Shown: positions 1 through 8,196 of the stretch, piece after piece
How positions within the stretch are numbered: the first letter of the stretch is position 1
How the letters are laid out: the number at the start of each line of letters is the position of its first letter
From: Candidatus Adlerbacteria bacterium RIFOXYC1_FULL_48_26
Lineage (GTDB): Bacteria; Patescibacteriota; Minisyncoccia; Phycocordibacterales; SBAW01
DNA: 64,000 nucleotides
Assembly: GCA_001773575.1 (NCBI GenBank)
Contig: MEXB01000008.1
Location: 2,141-66,140, forward strand
Reading direction: 5' to 3'
Program-made: the position numbers and the translations under genes
The notes under the pieces: generated by a model
What the model was told of the DNA's origin: nothing
The model's input: only the letters and a program-made list of their open reading frames with translations
Database searches by the model: none

Positions 1-2
1 GC

Positions 3-557
3 GTAAATAATTCTACGGCCGACTGCTCTCTTCTGCAGGCAATATGTGTTGTTGAGTCAGGTTGTAACCCACAGACCACTGGGTGCAATAGTGCCGGAGC
101 GTGCGGTCCGATGCAGATACAACCAGCAACAGCGTGTGAAGCAAACCCAAGTTTGAATGGATGCATGACATTGGGTAACCGAGGTGTCGTTCTCAATGAG
201 GATGCTGTAAAAGCATCTCTGCAGGGCATGTCAGCAAGTAGCGAAACTGCGGCAAAAATTCTCAACAATGCAACCGGTGCGTGCGGTGGGGACCTTACCT
301 GCGTTATGGCCTACTACAACGGAGGAGGTGGGGCGGTGCAGGCAAGCGCATGTTGCCCCTCAGGAACAGCTGCATGGCAATGTCAGTGGGACTGCGGCAC
401 AAGGGTAGCAGGGTCAGTCAACTGTACGGCCACCCCTCGACCCTCTTCGTGCGTGCAAAATACGGGCTATGTAGAGACCAGGAACTATGTTCCCAATATC
501 CAGGCTGCCCAAACCGCCCTCAAGACACCAACCCAAACCTCAGGCGGGGCGTTTTGA
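3..557 (+). CDS. Cys-rich lytic transglycosylase (SLT/lysozyme-like) domain protein, 5' partial
   Basis: Frame is open from the window start: ...AICVVESGCNP...AGACGPMQ...AYYNGG...ETRNYV gives the SLT motifs (catalytic ES, GxMQ, AYNxG, ETxxYV); 15 Cys in the visible part. Confidence 0.8.
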   Translation, partial: VNNSTADCSLLQAICVVESGCNPQTTGCNSAGACGPMQIQPATACEANPSLNGCMTLGNRGVVLNEDAVKASLQGMSASSETAAKILNNATGACGGDLTCVMAYYNGGGGAVQASACCPSGTAAWQCQWDCGTRVAGSVNCTATPRPSSCVQNTGYVETRNYVPNIQAAQTALKTPTQTSGGAF

Positions 558-582
558 CCAAAGTCCCATGCTCTGCTATAGT
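554..582 (+). promoter_or_regulatory. sigma70 promoter for rpmG
   Basis: TTGACC-17nt-TATAGT with extended -10 TG. Confidence 0.7.
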
Positions 583-656
583 ATCCCGCATGTCAGCAAA
601 GCCGACGCGCTGGTCGGCTCCCCGACTGAAACGTCGGGGGATAGGCACCAAAAACT

Positions 657-815
657 ATGTCTCAAGATAGATTGATCAAATTAGCCTGCAACAAGTGCAA
701 GCGCATAAACTACTGGTCCTCCAAGAATAAAAAGCTGGTGGAGCGTAAAATTGAACTCAAAAAGTACTGCAAATGGTGCCGTGCTCAAACAGTTCACAAA
801 GAGGTCAAGAAATAA
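657..815 (+). CDS. rpmG: 50S ribosomal protein L33 (Zn-ribbon form)
   Basis: Manual translation MSQDRLIKLACNKCKRINYWSSKNKKLVERKIELKKYCKWCRAQTVHKEVKK; precedes tRNA-Trp. Confidence 0.95.
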   Translation: MSQDRLIKLACNKCKRINYWSSKNKKLVERKIELKKYCKWCRAQTVHKEVKK

Positions 816-816
816 C

Positions 817-842
817 AAAACGCTCCCACTCGGGAGCGTTTT
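817..842. terminator. hairpin/terminator after rpmG
   Basis: aaaacgctccc-actc-gggagcgtttt. Confidence 0.6.
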
Positions 843-860
843 AAGGTAAACTGCCGGTAA

Positions 861-934
861 GGGCGATTAGTTTAGTGGTAGAACAGCGGTCTCCAAAACC
901 GCTAGTGGGGGTTCGATTCCTCCATCGCCCGCCA
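861..934 (+). tRNA. trnW: tRNA-Trp(CCA)
   Basis: Acceptor gggcgat/atcgccc, anticodon arm gcggt-ctCCAaa-accgc, GTTCGA T-loop, encoded CCA end. Confidence 0.95.
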
Positions 935-950
935 AAAGAGTTTTTAAAGG

Positions 951-984
951 AAAAGGCCGCGACTTTTATGGTCGCGGCCTTGTT
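951..984. terminator. terminator for the purH-like cassette (possibly bidirectional)
   Basis: aaggccgcgac-ttttatg-gtcgcggcctt. Confidence 0.7.
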
Positions 985-987
985 CGG

Positions 988-1623
988 TCAAGGGAACTGA
1001 CCGGTATGTGCGACCTTCTTGTGGAAGATGCAGGATGCGCTGCAGTAGTCCATGACCAACCGCTCCGCATCGGCCGCGAGGGTCGACAGGAAGGAACGGC
1101 GCTGGACACCTGTCAGTTCGTTGTCCCGCACCTTGTTGAGATGGTGCAGGGTGTCGGGGAACTGGGCCGGGCTCACCAGCACGATACGTCCGCCCTTGGC
1201 AGCGGCGCGGAGCATGGTGGGGCCGCCGATGTCGGTCATCTTGATCACCGAGTCGAAGGTTGCGCCCTCCTTGCTGATTTCCTGCTGGAGGGGATACAGG
1301 TCGACGTAGACCAGGTTGATCGGGTTGATCTTGAGCCGTTCGAGTTCCTCGACCTCCTCAGGGTTGGTGAGGTCGGCGAGAATCGCCGCGTGGACTTCGC
1401 GCGACAAGGTGACAACCTTGTGTCCGAGGATGGGCGGCCCGACCATGGTCGCGACATCCGTCACTTGAATCTCCTCGACCTCTCTGAGGAACAGCGCCGT
1501 GCCACCGGAGGCCACGATATTCCATCCTTGGAAGTAGAGGGTCTTGGCGAATTCCTTCAGCTCCGGGGGTTTCGCGTACGACGAGAACAGGGCAGTCCTG
1601 GTTGCTGTGTCAGAAAGGTTCAA
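988..1623 (-). CDS. stand-alone IMP cyclohydrolase-like (PurH N-terminal, MGS-like) domain protein
   Basis: ASGGTA, VTLSREVHAAILA, VDLYPL, DIGGPTMLRAAAK motifs; no AICAR transformylase domain; AGGAGG 5 nt before the TTG start. Confidence 0.8.
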   Translation of the reverse strand: MNLSDTATRTALFSSYAKPPELKEFAKTLYFQGWNIVASGGTALFLREVEEIQVTDVATMVGPPILGHKVVTLSREVHAAILADLTNPEEVEELERLKINPINLVYVDLYPLQQEISKEGATFDSVIKMTDIGGPTMLRAAAKGGRIVLVSPAQFPDTLHHLNKVRDNELTGVQRRSFLSTLAADAERLVMDYCSASCIFHKKVAHTGQFP

Positions 1624-1722
1624 AAGGGCCTCCTATAAGGGAACATTCCCAGAAGCGATACTAGATGATATGCACAAAAAAGCCAATATTATCGTTTTCT
1701 TATCATGGTGCGGTAAACTGTT

Positions 1723-3102
1723 GTGATGACTCAGGACGAGGCGTTTCAAGTACTTAAAACAGGCGCCAATGTATTTCTGACGGGAGAGCCCGGCAGTGGT
1801 AAAACGCACACGGTAAACCGTTACGTTGCGTACTTACGCGAGCAGGGCATAGAGCCTGCCGTGTGCGCATCTACAGGCATTGCGGCAACGCACATTGGTG
1901 GATACACCATACACTCGTGGTGTGGCATTGGAGTTAAGTCGACGCTCACAGAATATGATCTCGATCTTATCGGACAGAAAGAAAAAGTAGTAAAGCGTGT
2001 GCGCAACGCAAAAGTTCTTATCATTGATGAGATATCTATGCTCTCAGCGCAGACGCTCGACTCTGTCGATGTTGTACTTCGCATGCTCAGAAATTCTGAC
2101 GAAGCCTTCGGTGGCTTACAGATGATTTTTGTCGGCGACTTCTTCCAGCTGCCACCTGTCGTAAAAATGCAGGAGGTAAAAAGCGATATGTTGGAAATTA
2201 ACTACGATGAGTCGCCAAATGGGCAACGCAGCTCAATGTCACCGTTTGCTTTTTATGCGCAGTCTTGGAAGCGTGCCAAGCCACTTGTGTGTTACTTGGA
2301 AGAACAGCATCGCCAAGAGGACACTAAATTTTTGGAAATTCTCTCAGGTCTCAGAAGGGGGTATCTTTCAGATTCTTTAAAGCAAACACTAAAATTGAGA
2401 ATCACTGAGCCGCCAAAGAAAAATACTCATACAAAACTTTTTCCTCATAATGCCAACGTAGATAGGCTCAATGATGCAGAGCTTGAAAAACTGCCCACAT
2501 TGCCGCGCCGTTATGATATGCGAAGCAAAGGTTCTATGCCGCTTGTCGAGGCGCTTAAACGCAGTTGCCTTTCGCCAGATGGGTTGATGCTCAAAGTTGG
2601 CGCCAAAGTTATGTTTACAAAAAACGACCCAGAGGGGGAATACTACAACGGAACACTCGGAACAGTTCTTGAATTTTCAAAATTAACAGGCCATCCAATT
2701 GTGAAATTAAATTCTGGCGGAGTGCTAGAAGTAGATACGGTTGAGTGGGCAGTGCAGGATGGTAATAAAAAACTAGCCAGCATAGAACAGCTACCACTTC
2801 GTTTAGCGTGGGCTATCACCGTGCACAAGAGCCAGGGTATGTCTCTGGACGCTGCAATTATCGACCTTTCAAACGCGTTTGAATATGGTCAAGGATACGT
2901 TGCCTTGTCGCGTGTACGCACGCTAGACGGGCTGTATTTGCTCGGGTTGAACGAGAGAGCGCTCGAGGTGCACCCAGAGGTTATGGAGCAAGATTCAATA
3001 TTCCGTGAACTCTCGGACTCTACCGCTGAAGCCTTCGGCGCAATGCCAGATACAGAACTAGCACAGATGCACGAACAATTTGTTCGTGCGGCTTTAGTGT
3101 AG
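1723..3102 (+). CDS. PIF1-family 5'-3' DNA helicase
   Basis: GEPGSGKT, IIDEISM, GDFFQLPPV, QHRQ, LAWAITVHKSQG, YVALSR. Confidence 0.9.
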   Translation: MMTQDEAFQVLKTGANVFLTGEPGSGKTHTVNRYVAYLREQGIEPAVCASTGIAATHIGGYTIHSWCGIGVKSTLTEYDLDLIGQKEKVVKRVRNAKVLIIDEISMLSAQTLDSVDVVLRMLRNSDEAFGGLQMIFVGDFFQLPPVVKMQEVKSDMLEINYDESPNGQRSSMSPFAFYAQSWKRAKPLVCYLEEQHRQEDTKFLEILSGLRRGYLSDSLKQTLKLRITEPPKKNTHTKLFPHNANVDRLNDAELEKLPTLPRRYDMRSKGSMPLVEALKRSCLSPDGLMLKVGAKVMFTKNDPEGEYYNGTLGTVLEFSKLTGHPIVKLNSGGVLEVDTVEWAVQDGNKKLASIEQLPLRLAWAITVHKSQGMSLDAAIIDLSNAFEYGQGYVALSRVRTLDGLYLLGLNERALEVHPEVMEQDSIFRELSDSTAEAFGAMPDTELAQMHEQFVRAALV

Positions 3103-3972
3103 AAATGCTCGGACTTGGCGCAGTGCCTCAGTTTTGTTTTTAACCCAGCGGATATCTTCGCGACGTTTAAACCAGCGCATCTGGCGCTTTACGTATCCAA
3201 GCTCGCTACGCACGAGTTGTTCAACAAGTTCTGCCTTGGTAATTTTTTTATCCAAGTATGCGAGCAGGGGAATAAGTTCAAACCCTAATGCCGCGATATG
3301 TTTCTTTGAGAGTGATGTGCGAAGTTTTTTGGCTTCACGAAGCATCGCATTGAGACGATTTGTAACACCAGCGCGAATTGCTTTTTCATGTTTTGCCTCA
3401 GTGGGGCGGAGACCGAGCCATAGTACTTCGTAGGGAGAGTCTGAAATAAGTTCAGGTACGTTTCCGATAGCCTTTGCGATTTCTATTGCGCGAACGAGGC
3501 GTGCAGGATTTTTTGCATCAATACGTGCGGCTGTTTTCGCATCCAATTTTTTAAGCATAGAAAAGAGCTGGGCAGGAGTTTTCTTTGCCAGACTTGCTCG
3601 CAACTTTTTATTTGGCTCAACTTCAGGAAGGGAGAAACCACGAAGAAGTGAATCTGCGTAAAATCCAGTGCCCCCGACTACAATAGGCACATGCTTTTTC
3701 TTTCCAATGTCAGCAATGATTTTTTCTGCGTGTTTCTTAAACTCACCTGCGCTGTAGAGACGCTTTGGTGAGGCGAATTCTATAAGATGGTGGGGAATAC
3801 CGGCACGCTCTTTTTTATCCGGTACACGGGCAATTGCGGCCAATCCTTTGTAAATCTGCCGCGAGTCTGCGGAAATAACCTCGCCTTTCAGCTTTTGCGC
3901 AAGAAAAATCCCCAACGCCGTTTTCCCCGACGCGGTTGGGCCTACTACTGCAATAACCTTCGACTTATTCAC
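3094..3972 (-). CDS. miaA: tRNA dimethylallyltransferase
   Basis: GPTASGKT, SADSRQIYKG, VGGTGFY, KRQMRWF. Confidence 0.95.
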   Translation of the reverse strand: MNKSKVIAVVGPTASGKTALGIFLAQKLKGEVISADSRQIYKGLAAIARVPDKKERAGIPHHLIEFASPKRLYSAGEFKKHAEKIIADIGKKKHVPIVVGGTGFYADSLLRGFSLPEVEPNKKLRASLAKKTPAQLFSMLKKLDAKTAARIDAKNPARLVRAIEIAKAIGNVPELISDSPYEVLWLGLRPTEAKHEKAIRAGVTNRLNAMLREAKKLRTSLSKKHIAALGFELIPLLAYLDKKITKAELVEQLVRSELGYVKRQMRWFKRREDIRWVKNKTEALRQVRAFLH

Positions 3973-4036
3973 ACGCCCACTGTAGAGGAATTTTATAAAA
4001 AAGAAAACAGCGGCTTTTTAGGCCGCTGCGCGTTCA

Positions 4037-4750
4037 CTACAAATTACTTACCTCATCCACAATCTGCTTGTAGATTTTTTCAGGGGCACTGTCCGTCATA
4101 ATGCTTCTGCCGACGATGAGGCAGTCGGAGCCAAAGTCGACAGCTTCCTTGGGAGTCGCGGCCCATCGCTGGTCTGAAGGTTGTCCCTGGCTTGGCACGT
4201 AAATGCCAGGCGTCATAAATGGGACGCCCTTCACATACTCCTTCAGTGCGGGAACACCTGGAGCGCTGCATACAATACCCGCACGGATACCGCAGTCGAA
4301 CGCAATGCGTCCAAGATGCAGCTCCATTTCAGCGTGGGTCTTCGTATTACCGTGAATTTCCTGCAGGTCCTTCTCCTGCATGCTGGTTAGCGTAGTGACA
4401 GCAACAACAGCGTCGCCGAACTCCTTGGCCAATTCGGTTAAGGCCTCGCGTCCGCACATGGTGTGTACGGTGGTGAAACGAAAGCCCATCCGCAAATGGT
4501 TCTCGACAGCCTTAAGGACACGGCTGAGAATGTCATGTTCTTTATTGTCGAGCATCACTGTAGCCGATGTGCCTGGGTACATCGACGTGCGAAGGTAGTG
4601 TGCCGTGGCACGAAGGTCCATGCTCGGTAGAGGGTCATGGACTTTAAAGTGCGTGCACCGCTCTTTCTTAAGGCGATGGATCAGGTCGTACGGGGCCTGG
4701 GCCCAGCGGCGGTTCAGGTCGAGCGAAACCATGACGTCAGGACGTTTCAT
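4037..4750 (-). CDS. pyrF: orotidine-5'-phosphate decarboxylase, divergent and isolated
   Basis: FKVH, DNKEHDI (DxKxxDI), VTTLTS, TPGI, DQ, IVGRSI. Confidence 0.8.
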   Translation of the reverse strand: MKRPDVMVSLDLNRRWAQAPYDLIHRLKKERCTHFKVHDPLPSMDLRATAHYLRTSMYPGTSATVMLDNKEHDILSRVLKAVENHLRMGFRFTTVHTMCGREALTELAKEFGDAVVAVTTLTSMQEKDLQEIHGNTKTHAEMELHLGRIAFDCGIRAGIVCSAPGVPALKEYVKGVPFMTPGIYVPSQGQPSDQRWAATPKEAVDFGSDCLIVGRSIMTDSAPEKIYKQIVDEVSNL

Positions 4751-4823
4751 TTTTATCCCCTTTGAGAACGTTGAAGAGCGATTCCGGCTAAGAATCGCAA
4801 AAAAATCTGTATTGTCAACTCTG

Positions 4824-4904
4824 TGCCGGAGGGGAGACTCGAACTCCCATCCCTTGCGAGACGCGATTTTGAGTCGCGCGCGTATACCATTCCGCCACTC
4901 CGGC
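4824..4904 (-). tRNA. trnL: tRNA-Leu(CAA)
   Basis: Reverse complement gccggagtggcggaatggtatacgcg cgcga-ctCAAaa-tcgcg, long variable arm, GTTCGA. Confidence 0.95.
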
Positions 4905-4929
4905 CTCTGTACATGCTAGAATATCTCCA

Positions 4930-5976
4930 ATGTCGGAGTTTTACAATAACGCCATCTTTTGGGTTGAGGTAGAGAAGATCAAACCAAACCCATACCAACC
5001 CCGCCGCGAGTTCGACCAAGCCAAGCTCGAAGACCTCGCAAAGTCTATCCGCCAGTACGGCGTTATCCAGCCTCTCACGGTTACTCGCCGCGAATTTGAG
5101 AAACAGGATGGTGGTATCGCAACAGAATATGAACTTATTGCAGGAGAGCGCCGTTTGCGCGCCTCACGTCTCGCAGGCATACAGCAAGTCCCAGTTATCA
5201 TCCGCGCAGACTACGACGATGACAAAACAAAACTCGAAGTAGCCATCATTGAGAACCTCCAGCGCGAGGACTTAAACCCAATGGACCGTGCAAACGCATT
5301 CGCACGTCTTGTAAACGAATTTGGTTTTAAACACAGCCAGGTTGCAGAGAAAGTAGGGAAGAGCCGTGAGTATGTGTCCAACACAATCCGCTTGCTCTCG
5401 CTCACTCCAGAAATGCAGCAAGCGCTTTCTGATGGAAAGATTGCAGAAGGCCACACACGCCCTCTCTTGATGCTTATAGACCGCCCACAGGAGCAAAGCG
5501 TGCTCTTCCGCGAGATTATGCTGAAGCGCCTCACCGTGCGCGATTCTGAATCTATTGCGCGCCGTATTGCATACGACAAAGTTCGCAAGAAAGAATATCT
5601 CTACGCGCCAGAAATATTGCAGATGGAACGAGAGCTTTCAGAAGCCCTTGGTACGCGCGTTGCTATTGAACCAAAAGAAAACGGTGGAAAGCTTTCTATC
5701 GACTTTATGAGCCAGGATGATCTCCAGACTCTCTTCGCCTCACTCGCACATAAAATTGCTCAGAACTCAGCTCCGGCATCCGCAGGACTTGCTGCTTTGG
5801 TTGCTGCAACTCCTCTAGTAGAAGTGCAGAAAACAGACATTCCGGGCGACTCTATTACTGCTTCGACTGTTGCTGAAGGTTCGGATGAATCTGTCTCTGA
5901 AGCACTTGATGACCGCTCTAAAGACGAAATTCAAAAAGACGAAAACACATTTGATCCAAATTCTTTTTCTTTATGA
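4930..5976 (+). CDS. parB: ParB/Spo0J partition protein with acidic C-terminal tail
   Basis: PNPYQPR, LIAGERRLRA, IIENLQREDL, HTH region. Confidence 0.9.
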   Translation: MSEFYNNAIFWVEVEKIKPNPYQPRREFDQAKLEDLAKSIRQYGVIQPLTVTRREFEKQDGGIATEYELIAGERRLRASRLAGIQQVPVIIRADYDDDKTKLEVAIIENLQREDLNPMDRANAFARLVNEFGFKHSQVAEKVGKSREYVSNTIRLLSLTPEMQQALSDGKIAEGHTRPLLMLIDRPQEQSVLFREIMLKRLTVRDSESIARRIAYDKVRKKEYLYAPEILQMERELSEALGTRVAIEPKENGGKLSIDFMSQDDLQTLFASLAHKIAQNSAPASAGLAALVAATPLVEVQKTDIPGDSITASTVAEGSDESVSEALDDRSKDEIQKDENTFDPNSFSL

Positions 5977-6623
5977 AAAGGATCTATCTTGTTCGACATG
6001 GTGAAAGCCAGGCTAACGCTGAACGCAGACACGGTGGGGCAGAAACTCCATTAACAGAACATGGGCATCAACAAGCAGTTTTTATTGCTGAGCGTATTTC
6101 AAAACTGCCAGTCCAAAAAATTATCTCCAGCACTATGGTTCGGGCGCAACAGACCGCGCAGGCTATTTCTGAGAAAATAAACCAGCCAATACTCTCATCT
6201 GATTTATTTGTCGAAACAAGAGGCCCTGCGGAGTTTGAAGGCGCTTCATATGATGATCCAAAAACACTTGAAGCGTTCCACACACTAGGAATTAACTACG
6301 GTAAACCAGGTTTCCAATTAGACGGCGCTGAGGTATTCGAAGATCATACAAAGCGCGCTCAAGCCTGTTTGGCATTCTTAGCCGAGCAAGAAGAAGACCA
6401 CATTGTAGTAGTCACACACGGTCTATTCCTCCGTATACTAGTTGCTCATGTTTTACTCGGTCCTACTCCAAATTCAAAAGAAGTTCAAAGTATAATGAGC
6501 GCGTTAAAAACCAGAAATACTGGCCTTACTGTGTTCGACTACGGAGACACTCCGTTTGTTGATATCCCCTCAGAGCATCCTTGGAATATGTTTGTTTGGA
6601 ACGATCACGCACATCTAGGCTAG
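5973..6623 (+). CDS. histidine phosphatase (phosphoglycerate mutase family)
   Basis: LVRHGES, VVTHG, WNDHAHL. Confidence 0.9.
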   Translation: MKRIYLVRHGESQANAERRHGGAETPLTEHGHQQAVFIAERISKLPVQKIISSTMVRAQQTAQAISEKINQPILSSDLFVETRGPAEFEGASYDDPKTLEAFHTLGINYGKPGFQLDGAEVFEDHTKRAQACLAFLAEQEEDHIVVVTHGLFLRILVAHVLLGPTPNSKEVQSIMSALKTRNTGLTVFDYGDTPFVDIPSEHPWNMFVWNDHAHLG

Positions 6624-6624
6624 T

Positions 6625-8178
6625 TTATTTCCGTGCGACAGGAGAACCGTCTCTTTCAAGAGCGTTGCGGATATGACGGCGAGCAAGGGTAGTTTTAGCA
6701 AAGTCTAGCCATTTTTTTGAGGGCTTCGCATTTTTCTTTGTTTGGATTTCAACGATGTCGCCGTTGTTGAGTATTGTGTCGAGCGACACAAGCTTGCCGT
6801 TTACTTTCGCGCCAAAGACATGGTCGCCAATATCTGAATGGATTGCGTACGCAAAATCGAGTGGGCTTGAGCTGACAGGCAAGTCCACGACATCTCCCTT
6901 CGGAGTAAAGGCAAACACACGATGTGTAAAGATGTCTGTCTTGAGCGTCATTTCAAAATCCGGATCGCTGGTCTCATCCTCAAGTTCTGAGAGCCATGTA
7001 GGTGTTTCAGGTGCTCCATAGCGGGAGCGTGAACGGATCTCCTCTTTTTGTTCTGCGGGTGCAGTTGGGTTATTGCTTCTGCGGAAACTTGGCATCAGGC
7101 TACGGATCCAGTCAAAGCTTGTGCCACCTCGTGGAGCAGCTTTTTTAGGGCCATCTTTGTACATCACGTGCGCGGCAATACCGTACTGTGCTTCGTTATG
7201 CATAGCTTCTGTGCGGATCTGTATTTCAACAATGCCGCCGTCACCGGAAAAGATCGTCGTGTGTAAGCCCTGGTAACCGTTTGGTTTAGGGAAGGCAATA
7301 TAGTCTTTGATTTTATTTGGCAGTGGTTGCCAAAGGTTGTGTACGAGGCCAAGCACACGGTAGCAATCTGCAATATCGGGCACGATAATGCGGATAGCTG
7401 CGATGTCGAAGACATTTTCAATATCGCCACCTTTACGCTGCAGTTTCTGCCACAAACTCCACAGACCTTTTACTCGCTGCTCCACATGGAAGCGAATAAT
7501 GCCGTTGGTCGCCAACTCTTTTTTGAGTGTGCGAGACATCTTTTCCAGACGATCAGAGGTTTCCTTAGATCGTTCACTCAATAGCTTTCGTGCTTCTGCG
7601 TATTGTTCAGGATACGCGTGCTGAAATGAGAGATCCTCTAATTCACGACGAACGAGACCCATACCGAGACGGTGGGCGATTGCGGCATAAATTTCAAGTG
7701 TTTCAAGTGCGATGCGTTTACGTTTCTCTTCAGGTACATGTTCAAGCGTGCGCATATTATGCAGACGATCCATCAATTTAACGATGAGTACGCGAGCGTC
7801 TTTGCCTGTGGCGACAAGAAGTTTGCGGAGACTTTCGCGATGTCTCTCTGCGCCACGATATTTAAACTTACCGAGCTTGGTAACACCTTCTACTAAGAAA
7901 CGAACTTCTTTATCAAATTCTTTTTCGATTGTTTCAGGTTTGACCCCTACATCTTCAATAGAGTCGTGGAGTAACCCAGCGGCAATAGTCTTAGCGCTCA
8001 TGCCGATCTTGGCGAGGCTTTTCGCTGTCTCTACAAGGTGGATGATATATGGCTCGCCTGAAAGGCGTTTGTGGTCTTTGTGAGCCTCAGCGGCAAAGTT
8101 GTACGCTTTCTCAACCAGAGCCGCGTCTTTCTTCGACGGCCCGTTCATAAGGCTGAGTATGTTCTGTACATCAGGCAT
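6625..8178 (-). CDS. relA: RelA/SpoT (p)ppGpp synthetase/hydrolase (HD, synthetase and TGS domains; no ACT)
   Basis: GEPYIIH, LLHD, DRLHNMRTL, KPNGYQ, EIQIRT, FTPKG, DFAYAIHS. Confidence 0.9.
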   Translation of the reverse strand: MPDVQNILSLMNGPSKKDAALVEKAYNFAAEAHKDHKRLSGEPYIIHLVETAKSLAKIGMSAKTIAAGLLHDSIEDVGVKPETIEKEFDKEVRFLVEGVTKLGKFKYRGAERHRESLRKLLVATGKDARVLIVKLMDRLHNMRTLEHVPEEKRKRIALETLEIYAAIAHRLGMGLVRRELEDLSFQHAYPEQYAEARKLLSERSKETSDRLEKMSRTLKKELATNGIIRFHVEQRVKGLWSLWQKLQRKGGDIENVFDIAAIRIIVPDIADCYRVLGLVHNLWQPLPNKIKDYIAFPKPNGYQGLHTTIFSGDGGIVEIQIRTEAMHNEAQYGIAAHVMYKDGPKKAAPRGGTSFDWIRSLMPSFRRSNNPTAPAEQKEEIRSRSRYGAPETPTWLSELEDETSDPDFEMTLKTDIFTHRVFAFTPKGDVVDLPVSSSPLDFAYAIHSDIGDHVFGAKVNGKLVSLDTILNNGDIVEIQTKKNAKPSKKWLDFAKTTLARRHIRNALERDGSPVARK

Positions 8179-8196
8179 TACTGCCAGTATATACTT

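Noticed and set aside
1006-1638. 210-aa plus-strand ORF opposite the purH-like gene
   Set aside because: Antisense shadow of GC3-rich codons; the minus strand has the motifs, SD and promoter
2190-2250. Possible hairpin insert in the PIF1 loop (and the Gly-rich loop in typA near 29460-29500)
   Set aside because: Pairing too weak to distinguish from chance
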